64,000 nt of DNA from Candidatus Bathyarchaeota archaeon (GTDB lineage: Archaea > Thermoproteota > Bathyarchaeia > Bathyarchaeales > Bathycorpusculaceae). The DNA lies in assembly GCA_963777155.1 (NCBI GenBank), contig CAVZPM010000001.1, positions 96,001 to 160,000 of the forward strand. Direction: 5' to 3'. How positions within the stretch are numbered: the stretch's first letter is position 1; each line of letters begins with the position of its first letter. Below are positions 19,137 through 28,370 of the stretch, piece by piece. Position numbers and translations under genes: made by a program. Below the pieces are notes generated by a model that saw nothing but the letters and a program-made list of their open reading frames with translations, ran no database searches and had not been told where the DNA came from.

Positions 19137-19709
19137 GTGTCGAGTGAAAGCATGGTAAATCCAACACGAATAACCGTTGCCTTCGATAAAAATACAGCCG
19201 ACTTACTGGAAAAGATAAGCACAGACTCCCAAGTCTCCCAGAGCGAAATAATGCGTCGAGCCCTAAAATTCTACAGTGAAAACAAAGCTCTTGAAGATCC
19301 AGCCACTAAGAAAAAAATCCACGCATACCTCGACATGCTGCTTACAGGCGAACACATAATCCTTGATGTTGATCACTGGCTCATGTTTCTTCGCCTCATT
19401 GCTTCCTCACCTGAGAAAGAAAAGTTCTGGACAGAACATAAGGATGTTGCACGAGCCCACTGGGAACAGCTAAGAACTAAGGTGCATTCACCGGAAGAAA
19501 TGTTATCTAGGCTTGAAATCTGCAACTTTTATCGGTTAACAAAAAACGCTCCCAACGACTATACACTGGTGTTGGTTTCGGAGATTTCAAAAGATTTCAT
19601 TAGAGTCTTCCTTGAAGAATACTTTGCGGCAATGGGTGTTAAAGCCGAGATTAAAGAAAATCTAACCAAGTTGAGGGTTACTGTTAAACCTACAAATGCG
19701 AAGGCTTAA
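19137..19709 (+). CDS. CopG/RHH transcriptional regulator with C-terminal sensor-like domain
   Basis: RITVAFD...SQSEIMRRAL; GEHIILDVDHW. Confidence 0.75.
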   Translation: MSSESMVNPTRITVAFDKNTADLLEKISTDSQVSQSEIMRRALKFYSENKALEDPATKKKIHAYLDMLLTGEHIILDVDHWLMFLRLIASSPEKEKFWTEHKDVARAHWEQLRTKVHSPEEMLSRLEICNFYRLTKNAPNDYTLVLVSEISKDFIRVFLEEYFAAMGVKAEIKENLTKLRVTVKPTNAKA

Positions 19710-19897
19710 CTGTACCGTTGGGAATCAACTTGCTTGGAATTTATCTAATTACCCAAGCAAATCCAAAAATTCCCTCATTTAATTATTTTTCTTATCTGAA
19801 ATAGTCCGAATAATCTTTTAATGTATCTATAAATGGTCTTCTCAAAAAAACTTTTTACCCTTCAACAATCTTATTCAACCTACTAAGGTGAATCAAG

Positions 19898-20047
19898 TTG
19901 AGTTTAAAATTAAAAGTTGATGGAAAAGACATTCCTCTAAATGAATTCGTCGAAAAAATTATGAATGGAACAATAACTGGGGCAGTATCTTCACTAAAAG
20001 GAATAAAGGAGAATTGGCAGAAAATTGAAATAGAAATTCAAAAGTAA
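19898..20047 (+). CDS. 49-aa small protein resembling the MobB C-terminal extension (missing from the ORF track)
   Basis: AGGTGA RBS plus TTG; MSLKLKVDGKDIPLNEFVEKIMNGTITGAVSSLKGIKENWQKIEIEIQK. Confidence 0.7.
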   Translation: MSLKLKVDGKDIPLNEFVEKIMNGTITGAVSSLKGIKENWQKIEIEIQK

Positions 20048-20053
20048 TTAATT

Positions 20054-20614
20054 TTAACCTTTGAATTCCACTATAGTTTCTATTTCTGCAAAAAAATCTC
20101 TTTTGGCTTTACATATTGGGCAAACATAGGGTGGATCCTCACGATATACCACGTATCCACATTGCTTGCAGTACCATAACTTCTTTTTTACTTCCGGCTT
20201 GGCTTGGAGCTGCATTGGGGGTTTTTCAGGTGCTCCTAACGTTTGCGAGGCTGTTTTCCCCTCAGAGATAGATGTTCCATATGCGCGTGCCATTTTCTCT
20301 TCTGGTCGGCGTTCGGGCACTTCTGGCAAGTTCTGGCTTTCAAAGACCGCTTTGTTGACATAGAGCCGGCAGTAGCATGAGCCGAATTCAGCAACGTCTG
20401 GGTCACGGTAGTCGCAGGGGCAAATAATATCTCGGTCAACTTCGATGTTGCCTGTTGCCAATCTGCAGGGGCATGAGGGGTATCCGTATCGGTCCTCGTT
20501 TGTTTTTAAACCTTCAAGAAACATCTGCAACAGGTCAGGTTGGGGCGTTAGGTAATAACCGTATGTTTTAGCGTCAGCTTCGGTTCTTTTTCTAGTCTGC
20601 TCAAGCGTGATCAA
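20054..20614 (-). CDS. Ferredoxin:thioredoxin reductase-like catalytic domain fused to a rubredoxin-like domain
   Basis: CPCR, CPC and CYC motifs, then WYCKQCG...CPIC. Confidence 0.9.
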   Translation of the reverse strand: MITLEQTRKRTEADAKTYGYYLTPQPDLLQMFLEGLKTNEDRYGYPSCPCRLATGNIEVDRDIICPCDYRDPDVAEFGSCYCRLYVNKAVFESQNLPEVPERRPEEKMARAYGTSISEGKTASQTLGAPEKPPMQLQAKPEVKKKLWYCKQCGYVVYREDPPYVCPICKAKRDFFAEIETIVEFKG

Positions 20615-20895
20615 AGGCTAAGTGCCTCTTTAAGCAGGTCCTTTCGGAAACCTGTAATTACGGTTTTATCGTCAACGATTGTGGTCGGGTAGCTTAACAC
20701 CCCACCCTTGCTGGTGATAGCATCATGAGCTTTGTTTTTATCCTTGTCATCGAGCAAGTCAACATCGACAAATTCGTATTCGACATTGTTGTCTTTTAGG
20801 TATTGCTTTGTCATTTTGCACCAAACACAAGTGCTTAAAGCATAGATGGTGACTTTATGGTTATTTTTTTGTCCAGAAACTTTGGAGAACTGCAT
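20611..20895 (-). CDS. Glutaredoxin/NrdH-like redoxin
   Basis: STCVWC, SYPT and ITGF; overlaps the FTR start. Confidence 0.9.
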   Translation of the reverse strand: MQFSKVSGQKNNHKVTIYALSTCVWCKMTKQYLKDNNVEYEFVDVDLLDDKDKNKAHDAITSKGGVLSYPTTIVDDKTVITGFRKDLLKEALSL

Positions 20896-20960
20896 AGTAA
20901 TTCTACCATCTAAAACTCTGATTAAGCCGCATATAACTGTTTAGATCGTCTAAATCGACA

Positions 20961-22335
20961 TTATGCTGGTTGGAGGTCGCTGAAAGCGTTCTGAACAACT
21001 TCGTTTAATGCAGGATGAATGTGCATGCCCTGGGCGATGGGGCTAAAGTCACCTTTTCCGATAACCATCGCATTGACGATTTCTTGGATGAGCACTGACG
21101 CTTCGGGACCAATTATGTGGGCACCAAGGATTTTGCCTGTTTCTTGCTCAACTATGACTTTTACAAACCCCTCGGGAAACCCCAAGGCTGCCCCCATAGC
21201 TGTGTCTTTATAGAATGCTCTGCCGACTAAAATCTTGAGTTTTTGCTGTTTAGCTTCTTCCTCCTTTAAGCCCACGGACGCAATTTGAGGATGAGTAAAA
21301 ACTGCGTGTGGAGCGACTGACCAAGTTCACCTTTACTTTGTGGTCATGGATAGCGTTATGCCAGGCTATGCCTGCTTCATAGTTGGCGACATGCTTGAAC
21401 ATTTTTTTACCTATCGCATCCCCGAAAGCAAAAATACCCTTCTTGTTAGTCTCAAGATAATCGTTGACTTCTATGAAGCCGTGTTCGTCGAGTTTTACTC
21501 CTGTCTTTTCAAGCTTAAGCGATAATGCGTTGGATACTCTACCCGTAGCAACCATTATGGCTTCAGCCGAGATCTCCTTAACACTGCCGTCTTGTCGATT
21601 CCTGACAACAAGTACTTTCATGTCGTTTTCCTGTCTCGCTTCAAGCGCTTCGTATCCCGTGAAGATTTCCATACGCTTCTCCATCTCCGTCTTAAGTAAA
21701 TTAGAGACTTCAGGATCTTCCTCAGGCACCACCCAGAGGGGGCGTTGGATTATAGCGGTTTTTGTACCGATTGCTGAGAAGAAGTGTCCATATTCCATCC
21801 CAATATAGCCTCCTCCAACGATTAACATGCTCTTGGGTGGGGCAGATAGTTCTAGCACAGTGTCGCTTGTCAAATAACCTATGTTTTCTATGTTCTTGAC
21901 TGGTGGAATTGCGGTATTTGTTCCTGAGACGATGAATATGATTTTGGCTGTAATCGTGTGAGTGCCCACCTGCATTGTGTAGTCACTGATGAATTCACCT
22001 TTTTCTTGGAACCATATTAGATTGGGAGTGGCTTTAACAGCTAAAGCTTGATGCCCAGAGTCATGGTTAATTAGCGTATGCATCCGTGTCATGATATTAT
22101 TAAAGTCAACCGAGTTCACAGTGGTATGGATACCTAACTGGTCAGCAGTTTGGATGGTGGCAAGGATGTCGGCGGGGTAAATCAGCATCTTCGAGGGAAC
22201 ACAACCCACGTTAATGCAGGTGCCTCCCATTTTCCCCTGCTCAACTAGCGCCACCTTAAAGCCCTGCTCGACGGCAACCGAAGCAACCAGCATTCCAGAA
22301 CCTGAACCGACAACAATTACATCAAACTGCTCCAT
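20961..22335 (-). CDS. Pyridine nucleotide-disulfide oxidoreductase (dihydrolipoamide dehydrogenase/mycothione reductase-like), 1-nt insertion near 21321
   Basis: GSGSG, GGTCINVGCVPSK and GGGYIG; after the shift PHAVFTHPQIASVG...HIHPALNE. Confidence 0.9.
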
Positions 22336-22455
22336 AAACCAGCCTCAACACCAATAAACGAAGAATAGAACGCAAATAAACCTTTCAACGGTAAATATTC
22401 CTACTGGAAAATCTTTTATTCAGGTTACAGATAACTGTTTTATTGAGGATTTTTA

Positions 22456-22548
22456 ATGGCTAAAAAACCAAAGACTGCAGAAGAGCAAAAGAAAAAAACC
22501 GCTTATTACAGCAAAAAAGAGAAGAAAGCCAAAGAAGTCAAAAAGTAA
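22456..22548 (+). CDS. 30-aa Lys-rich small protein (missing from the ORF track)
   Basis: GAGGA RBS plus ATG; MAKKPKTAEEQKKKTAYYSKKEKKAKEVKK. Confidence 0.5.
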   Translation: MAKKPKTAEEQKKKTAYYSKKEKKAKEVKK

Positions 22549-23317
22549 CTTCTTTGCCTAAAAACTTTGGCAAGCACCGTTTGTCGTGAATGGCGTCGAA
22601 GCTTTCTAGTTCATCTTTTTTTAGTGGCCAAACGATTCTTGAGACCAACCCATTTAGGCTGTAGGGCAACCTGATTAAGCGAAACTCACCAGAGGTTACC
22701 CAGTCGTCGATATGAAAGCCAGCCTGTTTAGCTTGTTGGGCATGGTTGAGTCGCTCATTGGTGCTAAGCTTGTACGCTTCTGGGTCTAAAACGTGTAGGT
22801 GAAAACCTCTACCAGAATAGACAATTATCAAATCTGAAAAACGTTCAGCGAGAAACTCGTAGAGTCCAATTGCTTCATTCTTAACCATATCGAACTCTAT
22901 TTCGCAGAAGCTCAATCCTTGCTTTCGCTTCATCTTATCCGCCAAACTGCCATGGATAGGGCAGGTTATGTTTTCTGGGTCAAGGTCAAAGGCGAGTTCC
23001 TGACCAATCTTGTTGTCTTTTGTATCGTAGACGTTTCGGTCGTAGTAGACAGCTTCCGGTAAGAACTCTACGATTTGCTTACGGGCATCTTCCAAGGTCT
23101 TGTATTCATCAACTATTATGGTTGTTGAAGCGTCTTGCTTATATTTTTCTGGGAAAATCTTAGTGTGCCTGCCTATGATTACTGCAAATTTGGTGTTGAT
23201 AAGTCCACCTTTGAACCACCCTGTTACCTTTTGAAGGTCGACTTCTTGGGTGTAGAACTCTTTTCGCTCTTCAAGAGTTGCGTACCTCATTCCAGCAGGC
23301 ATGAAATATTGACTCAT
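22538..23317 (-). CDS. Archaeo-eukaryotic primase small-subunit-like protein (stand-alone PriS paralog)
   Basis: ELAFDLD, YSGRGFH and RLIRLPYSLN motifs; CPIH...C zinc site. Confidence 0.85.
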   Translation of the reverse strand: MSQYFMPAGMRYATLEERKEFYTQEVDLQKVTGWFKGGLINTKFAVIIGRHTKIFPEKYKQDASTTIIVDEYKTLEDARKQIVEFLPEAVYYDRNVYDTKDNKIGQELAFDLDPENITCPIHGSLADKMKRKQGLSFCEIEFDMVKNEAIGLYEFLAERFSDLIIVYSGRGFHLHVLDPEAYKLSTNERLNHAQQAKQAGFHIDDWVTSGEFRLIRLPYSLNGLVSRIVWPLKKDELESFDAIHDKRCLPKFLGKEVTF

Positions 23318-23421
23318 ACAAACCCACAACCATTAACTCCTACAAACCAAAATGCTTTACGGAACCAGAAAAGCAGAAAGCCTAATATCCTTTGTTTTCT
23401 TGACTTTATTAGGTGAATTTT

Positions 23422-23739
23422 TTGCCAATAGACCCTGATTTTCAAACCAAACGACAAGTTGTAAATGAACATAACGGACACAAAGTATGGGGTCCCGTTG
23501 AAGCCCCCGAGATACTTGGAATTCATGGAACAACCAGCGCTGTAGACTGGGATAGTTGCCTTGGAGACGGCGTATGCATCGACGTTTGCCCAGTTTCGCT
23601 CTACGAGTGGGCTGATTCGCTTGGACACCCGCTATCCAACCGAAAATCTGACCCAGTGCGAGAAAAAGATTGCATACAATGCTTGGCATGCGAGATGCAG
23701 TGTCCGGCTGCTGCGATAAAAATTACTCCGCCCCCATAG
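23422..23739 (+). CDS. zfx: Zinc-containing ferredoxin (Sulfolobus/Thermoplasma type, 3Fe-4S plus 4Fe-4S)
   Basis: IDPDF..RQVVNEHNGHKVWGPVEAP..LGIHGT; CxxDxxCxxxCP and CxxCxxCxxxCP; AGGTGA RBS. Confidence 0.88.
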   Translation: MPIDPDFQTKRQVVNEHNGHKVWGPVEAPEILGIHGTTSAVDWDSCLGDGVCIDVCPVSLYEWADSLGHPLSNRKSDPVREKDCIQCLACEMQCPAAAIKITPPP

Positions 23740-23813
23740 TGGGCAATCTCTTTCTTGTTTTGATAAAAGTGTTATATTGGCACACATGCAATTAACTGCT
23801 AAGTGCTTTACAT

Positions 23814-24467
23814 ATGAGTGGGGTGTCAATCGGTAAGATTATAGTTATTGGGCCAGCTAACGTTTCGCTGAAGATAAGTGATGTTACTGAGGAGATTATT
23901 TCAGGCATAATGGATGATGGTGTTGTTGACGTTGTAGGAGCTGGCGATGCCATGTTTCTTGTCTGTTCTGCCATAAATTTGTCATGTGAAATCGCTAAAA
24001 TCTACATCAACCAAATAGGCTTCAACTACCTCGAAGACAAACATCTGGGAAAGACAGCAGCGATTTTTGCTCACCTTGCCCAGCATGAGTCGGCCGATTT
24101 CGAGAAATTGGTCGCCGAAGAAGAGAAGGTAATGGATAACATCGGGGACAGAACGGTAAGTGTCGGTCACGAAATTCCCATGGAGAAACTTGTAACCCGA
24201 AGCCTCATGGCGCTGGCAAGGTTTGATGAGATAAAACTGATCGCGGCGGGTGGATCCATAAACGAAGCGGTCTCTCTTGCCCTTAGGTTGACTTTAGGAC
24301 AAATATCCAAAGACCCTGTCGGCATTAAGCTAATTTATGTTTACTCTATCAACATGAGAAACGACCCTGCCAAGAGAATTTCAGCAATATCTATCTATCT
24401 TCAAAAAGGAATAACCACAGAGTCTACTGATTTCGTAAAAAAACTAAAAAATGAATTGCCTGCCTAA
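23814..24467 (+). CDS. Tandem Alba-like domain protein
   Basis: The second half (VSVG..PMEKLV....EIKLIAAGGSINEAVSLA...ISAISIYLQK) follows the Alba pattern; the first half is a degenerate copy. Confidence 0.55.
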   Translation: MSGVSIGKIIVIGPANVSLKISDVTEEIISGIMDDGVVDVVGAGDAMFLVCSAINLSCEIAKIYINQIGFNYLEDKHLGKTAAIFAHLAQHESADFEKLVAEEEKVMDNIGDRTVSVGHEIPMEKLVTRSLMALARFDEIKLIAAGGSINEAVSLALRLTLGQISKDPVGIKLIYVYSINMRNDPAKRISAISIYLQKGITTESTDFVKKLKNELPA

Positions 24468-24489
24468 AGAAAAAAAGGGTAAGCAATGC

Positions 24490-25104
24490 TTACTTTACCA
24501 GGCTAAGATTCTTGTTGACTCTGTCCCAGTTGACCAAGTTCCAAAAAGCTTCAACAAACTTGGCGCGGTCGTTTTTGTAGTCTAAGTAGTAGGCGTGTTC
24601 CCAGACATCGAGCGCCATCAAGATTTGGAAGTTAGGAAAAACGTTAACGTTGTGTTTTTCAATCTGCATGATAAGCGGTCTTCCAATACATGGATGGGCG
24701 GCAAGTACTGCCCAACCTGAACCCTCAGTGCTTGTGGCCGCCAACGTGAACTGCTTTTTAAAATGCTCAAAACTTCCAAAACCCATGTTAATCATATCTG
24801 CAACTGCTCCTCCAGGTTGTCCTCCGCCGCCTTTGCCTGCGGGTGCCATGTTCTCCCAGAAAGTTGTGTGTAACATGTGACCACCGATGTGAAAGGATAA
24901 CTCTTTTGCAAGCGCTTTTATGTCAAGGGGTGTATTCTCCTGATGCGCCTTGTCAATTTTTTCAAAGATAGCGTTGGCGCCGTTCACATAGGCTTGATGG
25001 TGTTTGTCATGGTGGAGTTTCAGTTGTTCCTCAGAAATGTGTGGCGCAAGTGCATTGTAATCATAGGGCAATTTGGGTAGAGTAAAAGATTTTATTTTTT
25101 CCAT
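24490..25104 (-). CDS. sod: Fe/Mn superoxide dismutase
   Basis: [25 protein letters not shown] and DVWEHAYY. Confidence 0.97.
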   Translation of the reverse strand: MEKIKSFTLPKLPYDYNALAPHISEEQLKLHHDKHHQAYVNGANAIFEKIDKAHQENTPLDIKALAKELSFHIGGHMLHTTFWENMAPAGKGGGGQPGGAVADMINMGFGSFEHFKKQFTLAATSTEGSGWAVLAAHPCIGRPLIMQIEKHNVNVFPNFQILMALDVWEHAYYLDYKNDRAKFVEAFWNLVNWDRVNKNLSLVK

Positions 25105-25228
25105 AAAATTTCACCAAAATCAAACATTTCCAAAGCAGAAAACAACTAATATACTTTGCCTTGAAGCATTTGGGTACATGGTATAGCTTATTACCTGCTT
25201 GTTACTCTACTATTTTCCAGTGAATTTT

Positions 25229-25732
25229 ATGGTTAAAACTGATGAAAACCTAAAAGCTGCCTTCGCAGGTGAATCGCAAGCCAACCGCATGTATCTGGCG
25301 TTTGCCAAGAAGGCCGATGAAGAAAGCTTGCCTCAAATCGCTAAACTCTTCCGTGCTGCAGCGGAAGCAGAAACCGTCCATGCGCACAACCATCTGCGTG
25401 TTATGGGCCAGGTAAAATCAACCCTTGACAACCTGGGCACCGCTGTTTCTGGCGAAACCTACGAATTCAAGCAGATGTACCCTGACTTCATGGCAGAAGC
25501 CAAAAAAGAAGGCAACAAACCCGCATTATTGAGCTTTGACTACGCTAACAAAGTGGAACAAATCCACGCAAAACTCTACCAAAAAGCAATCGACTCCTTA
25601 AAAAACAAAAAAGACCTTCCTAAAGCAGACATGTATGTGTGCCCTGTGTGTGGCAACACCTTTGAAGACAACATGCCCGACATGTGCCCAATCTGCGCGA
25701 CGCTAAAAGAAAAATTCATGAAAATAAATTAG
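25229..25732 (+). CDS. rbr: Rubrerythrin
   Basis: AFAGESQA, AETVHA, GETYE and VEQIH; C-terminal CPVCG...CPIC. Confidence 0.95.
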   Translation: MVKTDENLKAAFAGESQANRMYLAFAKKADEESLPQIAKLFRAAAEAETVHAHNHLRVMGQVKSTLDNLGTAVSGETYEFKQMYPDFMAEAKKEGNKPALLSFDYANKVEQIHAKLYQKAIDSLKNKKDLPKADMYVCPVCGNTFEDNMPDMCPICATLKEKFMKIN

Positions 25733-25738
25733 GGAAGA

Positions 25739-26929
25739 TTAGCCTTTGATTTTTTGGGCTATTTGTTGCCCAAACTCAAAGCATTTTTTCAACTCTTCTG
25801 CGGTAGGAACCCACTTAAATTCGACACCTGGCTCCATGACTTCGAAGCCTACTTCCTTAGCCATTTTAACCATACCTCGCACTGCCCCGCCTCCCCAACC
25901 ATACGAGCCGAAAAAGCCCCATAGCTTGCCTTTAGGCTTAAGTCCTCCGATGTAGGTTAGGAATGAGCCCATTGATGGGAACATACCGTTGTTTAGTGTT
26001 GGCGAACCTACAAGGACCACTTTGGCGTCAACGATTTCAGTAACTACATCGGTGTTGTCTGTGCAACGGAGCTTTAGCAGTTTCACTTCTACACCTTGGC
26101 TAGCGACTCCGTCTGCGATGGCTCTGGCCATTTTGTCGGTGCTACCCCACATCGTATCGAAGACAACGACCACTTTTTGTTTGGTGGTTTTACCCGTGCA
26201 CCAGTCCATGTATGCGTTTACGATTTTCATGGGGTCTTTTCGCCAGATGATGCCGTGACTTGGCGCAATCATGTCAATTGGGAGCTTCATGGCTACGACT
26301 TCCTCAATCTTCTTAACAATAAGGGGTGCAAAAGGCGTAAGGATGTTAGCGTAATAGGTAACTGCTTCTTCCATCAGTACCTGTTGATCAACTTCGTCAT
26401 CGAAGCGTCCTGAACTTGCAAGATGTTGCCCAAAAGCGTCGTTTGGCATAAGGATTTTGTCTTCGATTAGGTATGTGAACATGCTGTCGGGCCAGTGGAG
26501 CATTGGTGCCTCCAGGAATGTTAGGGTTTTCTTTCCAAGTTTTAACGTGTCACCTGATTTCACAGTTTCTACCCTTTCAAATTCGGCGCCATAATGTTTG
26601 ATAAGTTCTTCTTTACCACGTGCGGAAGAAAGAATTTTTGCGTTTTTTGCCAGTTTCGCGATTGTTGGGAGACTGCTGGAGTGGTCCATTTCTACATGGT
26701 TAACGACTATGTAGTCGATTTTTTCAAAGCTGACGTGTTCTTCAATATGTTCTATGAGTTCGTTGCAGAATGCTGCCTTCACTGTATCTACTAACGCTGT
26801 TTTTTCATCCTGAATAAGGTATGCGTTGTAGCTGCTTCCCCGACTTGTAATATAGCCGTGGAAATCCCGTATGTTCCAGTCGACGACGCCAACCCAGTTT
26901 ACTCCATCTTTTAGTATAATTTTAACCAA
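25739..26929 (-). CDS. fprA: Flavodiiron protein (FprA/Roo)
   Basis: HVEMDHS, HWPDSM, DAFGQH and PSHG, plus a C-terminal flavodoxin domain; GGAGG RBS. Confidence 0.95.
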   Translation of the reverse strand: MVKIILKDGVNWVGVVDWNIRDFHGYITSRGSSYNAYLIQDEKTALVDTVKAAFCNELIEHIEEHVSFEKIDYIVVNHVEMDHSSSLPTIAKLAKNAKILSSARGKEELIKHYGAEFERVETVKSGDTLKLGKKTLTFLEAPMLHWPDSMFTYLIEDKILMPNDAFGQHLASSGRFDDEVDQQVLMEEAVTYYANILTPFAPLIVKKIEEVVAMKLPIDMIAPSHGIIWRKDPMKIVNAYMDWCTGKTTKQKVVVVFDTMWGSTDKMARAIADGVASQGVEVKLLKLRCTDNTDVVTEIVDAKVVLVGSPTLNNGMFPSMGSFLTYIGGLKPKGKLWGFFGSYGWGGGAVRGMVKMAKEVGFEVMEPGVEFKWVPTAEELKKCFEFGQQIAQKIKG

Positions 26930-27099
26930 TTTTTTATCCTCCAAAAGCCCGATTCTAACCAAAGTTTAATACAGAAAATTTCGTTGAAACTCTTATATGA
27001 GTTTCGTTTTTTATTCGCGGCAACTGCATAGTTATATGCTGGAAACAACAGAGTTTAAATGTAGTTGCCTTTGGCAGGCATCCTTATGGAGGAAAAAGT

Positions 27100-27795
27100 T
27101 TGAGTCTACTTCCAGATGACAAAAAAGTACTCTTAAAAAACGATTTTAAGGAAAAACTGGTAGACCCAGTAAAAATCATTATGTTTACTCAAGAGATTGA
27201 ATGCCGATACTGCTCAGATACAAGAAAACTCGCCCAGGAACTTGCCACTCTCAGCGACAAAATCACTACTGAAGTTTACGATTTTATGGCTGACGGTTCC
27301 AAAGTCAAAGAGTACGGCATAGATAAGATTCCTGCACTCGCAATAATTGGCAAGAAAGATTACGGCGTTAGAATCTACGGGATTCCATATGGATATGAGC
27401 TGCAGACGTTGATTGAAGCGGTAATTAACGTTTCAAAGGGTAAAACCGACCTGTCGGATAAAACCAAGCAAATTATAGCTGACGTCAAATCACCTGTTCA
27501 CATCCAAGTTTTCGTCACCCTAACGTGTCCACATTGCCCAACCGCAGCTGCGGTAGCCCATAAGTTAGCCATAGAAAGCGACATGATAAAAGCTGATGTC
27601 ATAGAAACCAGTGAGTTCCCCGATTTAGCCCAAAAATATAACGTAATAGGGGTGCCAAAAATAGTAATAAACGAAACTGTTGAGTTTGTCGGGGCATTCA
27701 ATGAGGACCTGTTTGCAGAACACGTTCTGTTGGGTGCATTCCTGCCTTCTCAGCCCACACCCCCAATAATAAGTGACAAACTTAACATGTCATAA
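27100..27795 (+). CDS. Protein disulfide oxidoreductase (two thioredoxin folds)
   Basis: CRYC and CPHC active sites, GIPYGYE and GVPK. Confidence 0.92.
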   Translation: MSLLPDDKKVLLKNDFKEKLVDPVKIIMFTQEIECRYCSDTRKLAQELATLSDKITTEVYDFMADGSKVKEYGIDKIPALAIIGKKDYGVRIYGIPYGYELQTLIEAVINVSKGKTDLSDKTKQIIADVKSPVHIQVFVTLTCPHCPTAAAVAHKLAIESDMIKADVIETSEFPDLAQKYNVIGVPKIVINETVEFVGAFNEDLFAEHVLLGAFLPSQPTPPIISDKLNMS

Positions 27796-27828
27796 CCTTA
27801 GAAGCAACTTCATTTAGTGCTGTCTGAA

Positions 27829-27978
27829 AGAAGAAGAAATTTTCGCACACAGCATTTTTTCTTCTTCTCTTATATCAGACGCTGTTTTGATGTCTGATCT
27901 TTTCTTTTCGGTATTTGTGGAAGAACAACAACAAGTGAATTTCCAGAAATTGAACAGTTGTTGTTCTTTTAAGCTTAA
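27829..27978. repeat. Tandem inverted repeats in a convergent intergenic region
   Basis: AGAAGAAGAA/TTCTTCTTCT; ATCAGAC/GTCTGAT; AAGAACAACAAC..AATTTC-CA-GAAATT..GTTGTTGTTCTT. Confidence 0.6.
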
Positions 27979-28156
27979 TTTGAGGTGCAGGATGCGCGAA
28001 AAGCATAAGCAGCGGCGGCTATTCTTGCAGCAGCTAACAGCCCGAAAGTTATAGAGCTAAATTACAGATGAAAAATAGATAGACACAAAATGGTGAATAC
28101 CATTAAGAACTTGAAAGAAACAAAAAGAAAAAATGTTGAGTCCTAAACCTTAGGGT

Positions 28157-28348
28157 TTAGCAGTGGTCGTGGCCACAATTGCAACTGTGCCCTGATGAAC
28201 CTGAGTTGCTGGTGAATTTTGCTGGAGACTTGTCAAAGGTTGCTTTACAGGAGGGGGCACAGAAATAGAATGTTTTGCCGTTGAAGTCGGATTTGAATTT
28301 CGCTTTTTTCTCATCCACCATCATTCCACACACTGGATCTTTAACCAT
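28157..28348 (-). CDS. YHS/TRASH metal-binding protein
   Basis: KDPVCGM...FYFCAPSC; Cys/His tail HSCNCGHDHC. Confidence 0.88.
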   Translation of the reverse strand: MVKDPVCGMMVDEKKAKFKSDFNGKTFYFCAPSCKATFDKSPAKFTSNSGSSGHSCNCGHDHC

Positions 28349-28370
28349 ACTTTTCACCTCACGTGCCTGC

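Noticed and set aside
23314-23689. Minus-strand ORFs of 104 and 110 aa
   Set aside because: They are antisense shadows of the zinc ferredoxin gene.
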